From: a virus
Lineage: Duplodnaviria; Caudoviricetes
DNA length: 33,906 bases
Direction: 5' to 3' (one strand)
IMG/VR virus record: IMGVR_UViG_3300032239_001223
Location: 1 to 33,906 of that record
The position numbers and the translations under genes are program-made. The notes beneath the pieces were generated by a model. The model saw only the letters and a list, made by a program, of their open reading frames with translations. It searched no databases and was not told where the DNA came from. How positions within the stretch are numbered: the stretch's first letter is position 1; every line of letters begins with the position of its first letter. Positions 19,101-27,157 of the stretch are shown one piece after another.

Positions 19101-20471
19101 ATAGGCACAGTTAATACTGCTAGTTTATCTAATGTTGTTAGAGGAAATATTAGTACTGGAACCTTGTTTACTGCATTAGGTGCAAACGACACTATTCGCG
19201 TTAACAATCAAATCCGTAAAATTGTTTCGATAACAAATAATTATCATTTAATTGTTAATGCAGTCTTCACATACGGCGGAACGGATAATTTGATGTATGC
19301 AACATCAAATACCGTTGTTGCTAATACAAGTAATGGAACGTCATTCACGACTAATCTAGTTGCCAATGATATAATTGTTGTAAATAATCAAATTCGTCAA
19401 GTTGTTTCTATACCAAACGCCAACTATTTGATTGTTAACACCCCATTTACATATAACGGTACAGACAATATTGTTTACGCAAAATCTAATACTGTCGTAG
19501 GTTCTGGAACAACGTTTACTACAAATATTGCTATTGGGGATATAATCACCATTAATGGCGAAATTCGAGAAGTTATCAGCGTTGGCTCTAATGGATTATT
19601 GAATGTCAACTCTCAGTTCAGTAATTATGCAACTGGCGCTTCTCTCTATAATAGAAGTAATGTTGTAGTCGGTGTAGGTGGAAATCTAGACCCAGAGGTT
19701 AATGTCGGCGATACAATCACCGTGAATAATCAGATTAGAAAAGTAACTGTTCGAGGAGCAGGCTCAGATAATTACTTGGAAGTAAATGCTATCTTTAGTT
19801 TTTACGGAACTGGGTTGCCTCTATACAAACAAAATACGATTGTTCTTGGAAGCGGAACTAATTTTAGTAGCACACTAGTTCCAAATAACTATATTTCTGT
19901 GAATAATCAGATTAGAGAAGTCGTCGCTGTGACAGATGGAACCCATTTTGTTGTCAATACACCATTTACATACTATGAATCGGGTAATAATATATCAAAA
20001 TTGTCAAATACCACTGTAGTGATATCTGGCGCAACAAATTCTATTAGCGACTTTATTCAAGTTGGAGACGGTATTTCTTTCAACATCGCTGTCGCAAATA
20101 TTGTAAAAGCGCAAACTGGAACTGTTCAGGTCTTTACACAAAATGCGAAGGTTGTCGGAACTTCGACTAACTTTACTGCTAATCTAAAACCTAATGATAT
20201 TGTTATGATTGCAAACCAGATGCGACGAGTAATAAATATCGCTAGTGCGACTGTCATGAATTTGAATACATCATTCGAGTCAGGGGTATCTGGTGAAATA
20301 CTATACAAACAAGCAACATATCAAAACGCTAATGTTGTTTCGATTTCAGGTTCTAATCTGACGTTAAATATTGCTTATAGTGCTAATGTTGTTAACCTAG
20401 TCTATCAAGTCGCGCCGAATTATAGTAGCGCAGACTACAGCTATAAAATTATAACGCTTACTGCGGATTGA
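16152..20471 (+). CDS. gp7: gp7-like baseplate wedge initiator with C-terminal repeat domains
   Basis: QLPDFV, REFYSKKGSEESLKWLFKVLFNE, SDGKW and LQDGEIYHNYSYVIQS...HPSGMK; lies between gp6 and gp8. Confidence 0.85.
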   Translation: MAVTEKTISGLIPSQLPDFVKADHPQFKRFVELYYTWLESNNPEGVSNTAGNTIYQAMNIGDYRDVDQTPDEFITYFKQELIPYFPENTALDLRKILKSAREFYSKKGSEESLKWLFKVLFNEDIEINYPKDQILKTSDGKWKKPKAFRITVGETNKNIDVNLLEKKLGVGSVSGATCVIESADRTLDTDTGREIIEIYISNIKRYFNNGENIVINYTDADGVARVFSEKIIGTISNIYLDSNIKTDPKQKRRGLLYNVGDPIVITGGLDSTPEARPGVAIVGNVSTGSIEAVTTNFPGYGYRLYPDTEVLVLRSVGDDPNANANTDLRVDALNLKSSLVNSQINFIETISYDKTVIDYLGDVLISSSDYAEFTSNNINAVLNVTEADAGDGFNNFEEVWANGTNFYDAKFTAKIATSNTTGPFAQGGIFSATGGLLVYDVANTGALATVLSGNNIYTKNTAKSFTFNSLTTYKVSANADSKIAQCLHFESVATGGITLISVIDGGAGFRSAPTLRVSSQYDTILSENYDYGTTDRADVVQTFKDLGQIAHIYINNGGSGYADGDTITFSGRGYSGSAYVTVGSGGVIKSITITDRGEGHLVRPTCIVNSAAGTGAVLTAYLFGDGYDYKVETSAIGRIKDIRLIYRGYDYISRPNVSLKVMDTVIKSISEAQELIEQEYIYQGTSLSTSTFRANVASYDRSTNLLRLYDYSGILDTTLDLITANAIHCSVNTSVNVAAPIQYDSITIASGLPNPMIYGNGKAKANALFANGLIEFNGFYVNTDGFVSADKVLQDGEIYHNYSYVIQSNKDLADYKSSLKNIAHPSGMKPISKRIIASEFDSSVTDFPSVNYIKPINSSSNVQVLNPYSNVVTGNATAFTNSTHKANVGDLFIISDPGNPLRSLSKIITSVDSDTQLKIDGDFIYAGQGKVSSNKEYTRLTGTVKTNPAVTGTFTINPPVTGTVKVNAPITGSANVIGSNAAVIGTVNTASLSNVVRGNISTGTLFTALGANDTIRVNNQIRKIVSITNNYHLIVNAVFTYGGTDNLMYATSNTVVANTSNGTSFTTNLVANDIIVVNNQIRQVVSIPNANYLIVNTPFTYNGTDNIVYAKSNTVVGSGTTFTTNIAIGDIITINGEIREVISVGSNGLLNVNSQFSNYATGASLYNRSNVVVGVGGNLDPEVNVGDTITVNNQIRKVTVRGAGSDNYLEVNAIFSFYGTGLPLYKQNTIVLGSGTNFSSTLVPNNYISVNNQIREVVAVTDGTHFVVNTPFTYYESGNNISKLSNTTVVISGATNSISDFIQVGDGISFNIAVANIVKAQTGTVQVFTQNAKVVGTSTNFTANLKPNDIVMIANQMRRVINIASATVMNLNTSFESGVSGEILYKQATYQNANVVSISGSNLTLNIAYSANVVNLVYQVAPNYSSADYSYKIITLTAD

Positions 20472-20478
20472 GGAATAC

Positions 20479-22494
20479 ATGAATAGTAAAAAGTCTATAC
20501 TCACTGAACCATTTAGCAATTTAATTGCGGCGCAGGTTAAGAAACTAACCACTAGCAGTTCAAATACATTTATTGGTATTGGTCGAATAATTGATTCCGG
20601 ATCAACTGAAAACAACATTGAAGATGCAATCTATACTACAGTTTATAGAAATCAAGTTTATAAGAATTTAGTTGCACTAAAGAAAATCGTTCCTTCAGAT
20701 ATTCAGCCAGTTATTCCTCGAGTAGACTGGACTTCTAATCGTATGTATGATGCCTATGATGATATGGTCCAGATCTATGATTATAGAGATTATTATAGTT
20801 TTGGCACAGTTAATGCTAATGCAAATACTACTCTTACGGGCACAGCTAATATTGCCGCCTCTAATGCGGTAATTGGAAATAACAGTACACAATTCCTAAC
20901 GTATATTTTTGCTGGCGATCGTATCAATGTTAATAATGAAATTAAAACAGTCGTTTCTGTAACAAATAATAAGCATTTAATAGTCAGCAGCAATTTCACC
21001 AACACAAATACAGACGGACCAATTGTTCTTTTGCAGAATAACACAATTATCGTTGCCAATTCAGCTAATTTTATTGGTAACGTTGATGTAGGAAATGTAA
21101 TCGTTATTGGCGAAGATACCAGAGAAGTCGTAGCATTAAGAAACAATAAAGTAATCGCAGTAAATACGTCTCTAACATATTCAAATTCAAACGTAACAAT
21201 TCGCAGACAAGATAATACTTTCACTCTCTTCGCCAATACTTTTTATGTTCGCAACACTCGCGATCAGGTCTTTAAGTGCCTGTTCAATAATTCTCAGACG
21301 AACTCAACTATTGAACCAACGATTGATATCGACGGTCAGCTCCCAGAAAATGCGTTTATTCTTACTTCCGACGGATATAAGTGGAAGTATATGTACACGA
21401 TTCCACCTGGACTGAAACAGAAGTTCTTCACACAGAACTGGATGCCAGTTGCAAACGATGCGGCTGTTCAAGTAGCCGCCGGAGATGGTCGCGTCGATAT
21501 TATTAATGTTCTCTGGGGTGGTTCTGGGCATTTGAGTGGCGGAAATAGTAACTCTGCTTCTATCCTTTCTATCACTAATACGGACGGTGCAGGTGCAAAT
21601 CTTGTTGCTAGGGTTGCAAACGGTGTAATTACATCGGTAGCAGTTCTAGATGGCGGAAACAGTTATACCTCCGGAACCGTTACAGTAAATGACTCAAGTA
21701 AACTAGGTATTAAAACATTGGCTGGAACTATTAATGTTTCATCGACTGTAATTACTGGAAACACTTCAAATTCGCCGTATTTCGTCGGAAACGTCTTTAC
21801 GAACGATATTTTAACAATTAATGGCGAGACTAGAAACGTTGTATCGGTTATAAGTGATACCAGTTTAACTGTAAATACTGCGTTCAATTATGCTGTAACA
21901 GATAGAATCGGTATAATCACTAGATCTGCCGCAGTATTCGATATTTCGTATCCACCAAAAGGTGGCCACGGCTCGGATCCAGCAAAAGAACTCGGTGCAA
22001 GAGATTTAATGATTTCAGTCGAACTAATTTCGGATGAAAATGAAACTCTTCCAATTTCAGATGCTGTTAATACTTATCATTTTAATCAGATTTCAGTTAT
22101 TTCAGACCCTCTGATTGCAAACGGTGCTTGGACAGCGAATAGCACAAACTATCGCTATTCAACCCGACTAACCATGAGCGATACTGGAATTACCAATTTT
22201 ACTGATGATGAAACAGTTTATATTGGATCAACGTTGAGTGGAGCGTCGATGGTTGCAAATGTTGTTCACTGGGACACAGACAATAACTATCTTTATATAA
22301 ATAACATAACTGGTCCTATTACTGGATCTCAGGTTTTAAAGAGCGTTAAATCTGGTGTTGTTTCGACGATTATTGAAGTGAAAACATCAGAAATTAAACC
22401 ATATACTGGGGACGTTCTTTATATCGAAAATCGCAAAAACGTTGTTCGAGATATTGATCAAATCGAACAAGTTAAAATCGTTCTTACATTCTAG
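20479..22494 (+). CDS. gp8: gp8 baseplate wedge subunit
   Basis: VIPRVDW, VFKCLFN, DGYKWKYMYTI, GGHGSDPAKELG and YTGDVLYIENR...EQVKIVLTF. Confidence 0.92.
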   Translation: MNSKKSILTEPFSNLIAAQVKKLTTSSSNTFIGIGRIIDSGSTENNIEDAIYTTVYRNQVYKNLVALKKIVPSDIQPVIPRVDWTSNRMYDAYDDMVQIYDYRDYYSFGTVNANANTTLTGTANIAASNAVIGNNSTQFLTYIFAGDRINVNNEIKTVVSVTNNKHLIVSSNFTNTNTDGPIVLLQNNTIIVANSANFIGNVDVGNVIVIGEDTREVVALRNNKVIAVNTSLTYSNSNVTIRRQDNTFTLFANTFYVRNTRDQVFKCLFNNSQTNSTIEPTIDIDGQLPENAFILTSDGYKWKYMYTIPPGLKQKFFTQNWMPVANDAAVQVAAGDGRVDIINVLWGGSGHLSGGNSNSASILSITNTDGAGANLVARVANGVITSVAVLDGGNSYTSGTVTVNDSSKLGIKTLAGTINVSSTVITGNTSNSPYFVGNVFTNDILTINGETRNVVSVISDTSLTVNTAFNYAVTDRIGIITRSAAVFDISYPPKGGHGSDPAKELGARDLMISVELISDENETLPISDAVNTYHFNQISVISDPLIANGAWTANSTNYRYSTRLTMSDTGITNFTDDETVYIGSTLSGASMVANVVHWDTDNNYLYINNITGPITGSQVLKSVKSGVVSTIIEVKTSEIKPYTGDVLYIENRKNVVRDIDQIEQVKIVLTF

Positions 22495-22504
22495 GTAGAA
22501 ACTC

Positions 22505-25500
22505 ATGGAATTTAATGTAGAGCCGTATCATGATGATTTTAAGCAAAATGCTTTAGATAATAATTATCTTCGCATTCTGTTTAAGCCAGGACAGGCAGTC
22601 CAGGCACGCGAACTAACTCAAATCCAGTCGATTCTACAGAATCAGATTAAGCAGTTCGGGGACCATATTTTTCAGAATGGTTCGCCAGTGATTGGCGGAA
22701 ATATGACCTTGGATAATAAGGTTAAATTTCTAAAATTAGAAGCCACATATAATAATCAAGACGTTGACGTTGATGAGTTTCTTGGAAAAGTCATCCGCAA
22801 CACAGATGGAAACATCCAAGCGAAAGTTTTAACGAATTATTCCGAGAGCGGAATACCAACTTTAATCATTAAATATATAACTGGTAACGAATTTACTGAT
22901 GGTGATATTATTACCATCGCTAGAACAACTACAAAGGCTCAATTGATCGGTTCTGGTTCTACTGGTCCAGCATTAATTTGTTCTATTAATGAGGGTGTGT
23001 TCTATGTCGATGGATTCTTTATCAAAGTCCAGGATCAGACAACACCTCTTAATGCATATGGAACTACAGCAAGTGTGAAGGTTGGTCTACAGATTTCAGA
23101 TGATATTGTCGATTATGTTGTTGATACCACGCTACTTGATCCAGCCCAAGGCTCGTTCAACTATCAGGCTCCAGGCGCTGATCGTTATCAGTTTAATTTA
23201 ACTTTATCGACACGCCCAATCGATACCATCATCGATGAATCTAGATTTTTCGAATTGATGCGTATTGAAGACGGTATTATTACAAAACAGATAAAATACC
23301 CTGTTTATGCTGAATTGGAGAAGTCTCTAGCTCGTCGCACATACGATCAGTCTGGTGACTTTACTGTAACTCCATTCCGTGCAACGTTGACCGAGGGTTC
23401 CGATGCAAATTACTATACAATTGCAATTGAGCCAGGAAAAGCATACGTCAAAGGTTTCGAGTTTGAAACGCTCGGCACTGTAAAGGTTGATGTTGAAAAG
23501 CCACGTTCAGCATCAGATGTTAAATCATATGTTGATATCGATGCAGATACCTCATATGGAAATTATATCTATGTAACCGGAATTCGCGGTTCAGCTAATG
23601 GATTTATTAATATCGCTGCTCTAGAAACAGTTGATATTCATACAGTTGACTCTTCAAACGTTGCTGTTGGTTTTGGAACAACAGCAAATGTTCAAATCTA
23701 TTCAAATACTAAAATTGGTACTGCTAGAGTTAAATCATTTGTTCGTGATAGTACAGATCAATTTGGAGTTAATTCCGCAAATACAGACTCTAATGGTGTT
23801 TACAAACTTTATCTGACAGATCTTGCAATTAAACCAAAAATCGTTAAAGTTAGCGGAAATTCAGGCACTTCATGTACTACAATTAATCTATCTAATAAAT
23901 TCTCAGCAGCAACAAACGCTTATGCTAATGTTAAATTGACTATTCTGCCGATTCGCTTAGATGCTGTTGCAAATATTAACGTTGCAAACGTTTTTATGAG
24001 CACTTATACTTTAAATGCTAACTCTGCAGTTGCTAATTCATGTAATGTATTTTCAATTGGTGATATTATTCGCGTCGGTGATATGGTGCGCAGAGTCGTT
24101 AGCGTTGTTAAAGATGGTAGCGGAAATGCAAATACTCTAACAGTTAATACTGCTTGGACGCAAACTATTATTGGGACTAATTCCACGACTAATCCTCTTG
24201 AAGTATTAAAACAAAATTCTTATTCACAGAGTATCAGTAATCAAACCCGCAAGATTATATCATCTTCACTGACCTCCGCAAATGTTGTATTAACTCTTGA
24301 TTCTGCGTTCGATAACAATGGTATTGCCGATAGTAATACAGTCATACAGTTAAACTATGGTATTGCGGATGCTGATTCGATTATTGCCGGAGTTATTGTC
24401 GGCGCAAATAACCTAGTAACTCCGAATGCAAATGTTACAATGAATGTCTCTTCAGTTGGAAGATTGACTGATGGGTCAACTTATATTACTGATCCAACAA
24501 ATTATAAGTTAATTTTTCCACTTCCTGGCAATTATGTAAGACGCGGTTCATTGAATAATGTAGACCATATCTACAATAAGTTAATACCTAATCGTTCAAA
24601 TACTGGAACTGTAAATCCTGGTCAGTTTATTCTCTCCCAAGGTTCTGGTCTTGAAACATTTGAAACAATTCCTTTCGCCGATTCAACTGGCAAGATTCAA
24701 GACAATCTAATCGTTGTGGTTAGAGATAATAACGGAGATCCCTTTTTCCCTAATGGTTCTATCGTTCAATTAACCGCTGCGAATATTAGTATTAGTGGAC
24801 TCGCAGACCAGATCACGATCAACACACCATGCGCTAATATTAAATCTGCTGATATCATCATTAATGTCAAAGAAAATGATGTTCAAACTAAAATCCGTAA
24901 AAAGATTTTGATGTCAACTACCACCCCAACAGTATCGCCATTTACCTATCCAGAAACTACATCAACAGCAAATGTAACTGTTTCGCTGCCAACTTTCGGA
25001 GAAGTTGCTAAAATTGACGTTGCCAATGGTTTTATTTGGTTAACGAATCCAACTTATAATGCTATACAGCAAGGTGATATTATTTCACTGTTCTGCCCAG
25101 ACGTGCTTAGAGTTCGTGCAGTCATTGCTGGTAATTCTACAATTGTTCCAAACAACACTGTGCATACAGATGTAACTCAAAGTTTCGGTCTTATTTCTGG
25201 AGTAAGCGACGATTCATACGATCATTCAAAACTTCAGTTACTCTCTGGATATGATACTGTAAATGCTAAACTTCTTGTTCATGTTGACATGTATCAGCAT
25301 ATTTACTCAGCTGGATCAAATGTTTCCTACTTCTCAGTAGATTCGTATGCTGAGTCAATTTATAATTCTGGACAAATTCCAATCTACAAGTCATCGGATA
25401 CAAATCAAACTTATTATCTAAGAGATTGTTTAGATTTTCGTCCAACTCGTCAAATTGGTGATGTGTCTAATGCATACCAGGTCCCAAATATTCCTAGTCC

Positions 25501-27130
25501 AGATAATAGAACAGAACTTTCATTTGACTATTATCTTCCAAGAATAGACAAATTGGTTTTGAGTAAAGATAAAGAATTCCGTGTGATCACAGGTAAGTCA
25601 GCATCTCTTCCGATTCCACCAAATGATGTTGACGATGCAATGACTCTATTTCAGATTAATTTACCCCCTTATGTTGCAGATGTGCGCGAGGCGCGTCTAA
25701 AGTATTTTGATAATCGTCGCTTCACAATGAAAGACATTTCTTCGATTAGCAAACAAGTAAGTCAATTATCATACTATGTTTCATTAAGTAATGCTGAAAA
25801 TCTAGCTCTTTCCGATTCCGCACGATATGAAGACGGAACTGATAAAGTAAAATATGGTATCGTCGGCGAAAACTTCACAAACTTTAACATCGCTGATTAT
25901 AAAAATCCAGATTTCAGCGTGGCGCTCGATAATGGTGTAATGACACCATCCATTCAATACTTTATGACTGGTTTAAAAGAAGTTAGTTCTTCTACTTCTA
26001 CTTCTCAAAATATGAAAACTATTTCATTGAGTTATACAGAAACTCCAGCTATCGTTCAAGGCGTGACTGCTGACAAGGCAGTCACGGTGCAGCCATTCTT
26101 GTTCGGTGCATTCAATGGCACAGTTGAATTATATCCAGATACTGATTACTGGGTATCTCAACAATTGAAACCAGAAGTAATTGCTCCACCAGAGACAATT
26201 ATTACTGAAAAGATTGTAATTAGAGAAATAATTGTTGAGCATCCATCACAACCTTCTGGTAATGTTAGCACTAATGCAAATACAGTAATCATCACAACAC
26301 CAGGAACATCTCCACGTGCAAATTCTGGTAGCAATGTTGTAATTGCGACGGGCAATACTGGGCCAATAGTTATAACTCCTGATCCAACGCCGCCGCTGGA
26401 TCCGCCGATGCCACCGCCAGAAACAAATCAATGCATTGAGTATTCATATATTGCAGATCCATGGCAAGACAATGGATGTTGGGATACAAATTATTGGGGA
26501 GGTTACTATGGAGTTTATCCGTCACTTCAATGCACCAAATTTGGAACTTTGACTGGAAGCAATTGGTTCCCAGTAGTAGATACTCCACCTCCACCTCCAC
26601 CAGTTGAGGTGACTCCAGCTGTAGTTTCACAGCCAATTTATGCAGGTAGTGGCGGTTGTCCAGATCCATCAATGCTCATATTGCTTGCTGATGGAACTTG
26701 GATTGCTGCTGGTGATCTGCAAATTGGTATGATGCTTCGCACTCAACACGAAAATACGTTTGAGTGGGGTGAATTCCAAGTAGTTTCTAAAGAAATTGTA
26801 ACTCAACCTAAACTTGAACTTACATTTGGTACTAAGACTGCAGTTGTTTCCAAGTCTCACAGATTCTGGGTCGACAGCAAGACTGCATGGATCAATTCAG
26901 AGCATCTTGAGATTGGTGATATAATCAACGGTTATATCTTAACTGAATCTAAGGATCTGATTGATGGCCCAGTTGTCAAAATCACGGTTGACGAAGCACA
27001 TACATACATCATGGAAGGTCTATTATCGCATAATGTTAAGGTCAATCCTGGCTATGAGGCTGATCTTCCTGCCGTTAATGGGGGTGGTTCAAGATACGGA
27101 TCAAATCAGAACTTCGATTTCTTATATTAA
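22505..27130 (+). CDS. VrlC/DUF4815-like virion protein, N-terminal half, ending in a Hint domain
   Basis: FNVEPYHDDF, ILFKPGQAVQARELTQIQSILQNQ, APGADR, LARRTYDQSGDF, YYLPRIDKL and NRRFTMKDI, followed by a C-terminal C...HN Hint domain. Confidence 0.85.
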   Translation: MEFNVEPYHDDFKQNALDNNYLRILFKPGQAVQARELTQIQSILQNQIKQFGDHIFQNGSPVIGGNMTLDNKVKFLKLEATYNNQDVDVDEFLGKVIRNTDGNIQAKVLTNYSESGIPTLIIKYITGNEFTDGDIITIARTTTKAQLIGSGSTGPALICSINEGVFYVDGFFIKVQDQTTPLNAYGTTASVKVGLQISDDIVDYVVDTTLLDPAQGSFNYQAPGADRYQFNLTLSTRPIDTIIDESRFFELMRIEDGIITKQIKYPVYAELEKSLARRTYDQSGDFTVTPFRATLTEGSDANYYTIAIEPGKAYVKGFEFETLGTVKVDVEKPRSASDVKSYVDIDADTSYGNYIYVTGIRGSANGFINIAALETVDIHTVDSSNVAVGFGTTANVQIYSNTKIGTARVKSFVRDSTDQFGVNSANTDSNGVYKLYLTDLAIKPKIVKVSGNSGTSCTTINLSNKFSAATNAYANVKLTILPIRLDAVANINVANVFMSTYTLNANSAVANSCNVFSIGDIIRVGDMVRRVVSVVKDGSGNANTLTVNTAWTQTIIGTNSTTNPLEVLKQNSYSQSISNQTRKIISSSLTSANVVLTLDSAFDNNGIADSNTVIQLNYGIADADSIIAGVIVGANNLVTPNANVTMNVSSVGRLTDGSTYITDPTNYKLIFPLPGNYVRRGSLNNVDHIYNKLIPNRSNTGTVNPGQFILSQGSGLETFETIPFADSTGKIQDNLIVVVRDNNGDPFFPNGSIVQLTAANISISGLADQITINTPCANIKSADIIINVKENDVQTKIRKKILMSTTTPTVSPFTYPETTSTANVTVSLPTFGEVAKIDVANGFIWLTNPTYNAIQQGDIISLFCPDVLRVRAVIAGNSTIVPNNTVHTDVTQSFGLISGVSDDSYDHSKLQLLSGYDTVNAKLLVHVDMYQHIYSAGSNVSYFSVDSYAESIYNSGQIPIYKSSDTNQTYYLRDCLDFRPTRQIGDVSNAYQVPNIPSPDNRTELSFDYYLPRIDKLVLSKDKEFRVITGKSASLPIPPNDVDDAMTLFQINLPPYVADVREARLKYFDNRRFTMKDISSISKQVSQLSYYVSLSNAENLALSDSARYEDGTDKVKYGIVGENFTNFNIADYKNPDFSVALDNGVMTPSIQYFMTGLKEVSSSTSTSQNMKTISLSYTETPAIVQGVTADKAVTVQPFLFGAFNGTVELYPDTDYWVSQQLKPEVIAPPETIITEKIVIREIIVEHPSQPSGNVSTNANTVIITTPGTSPRANSGSNVVIATGNTGPIVITPDPTPPLDPPMPPPETNQCIEYSYIADPWQDNGCWDTNYWGGYYGVYPSLQCTKFGTLTGSNWFPVVDTPPPPPPVEVTPAVVSQPIYAGSGGCPDPSMLILLADGTWIAAGDLQIGMMLRTQHENTFEWGEFQVVSKEIVTQPKLELTFGTKTAVVSKSHRFWVDSKTAWINSEHLEIGDIINGYILTESKDLIDGPVVKITVDEAHTYIMEGLLSHNVKVNPGYEADLPAVNGGGSRYGSNQNFDFLY
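26657..27034 (+). other. Hint (intein-like/BIL-type) autoprocessing domain, 126 aa, no endonuclease
   Basis: Starts GG|CPDPSMLILLADGTWIAAGDLQIG (block A), contains VSKSHRFW (block B His) and WINSEHLEIGD, and ends VKITVDEAHTYIMEGLLSHN (blocks F/G). The +1 residue is Val. Confidence 0.9.
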
Positions 27131-27157
27131 AGTTTAATTAGGATTTAGAGAACAAAT

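Noticed and set aside
26657-27034. Canonical selfish intein or split intein
   Set aside because: The +1 residue is Val, there is no endonuclease, it is not in a conserved enzyme motif, and the downstream gene has no intein C-fragment.
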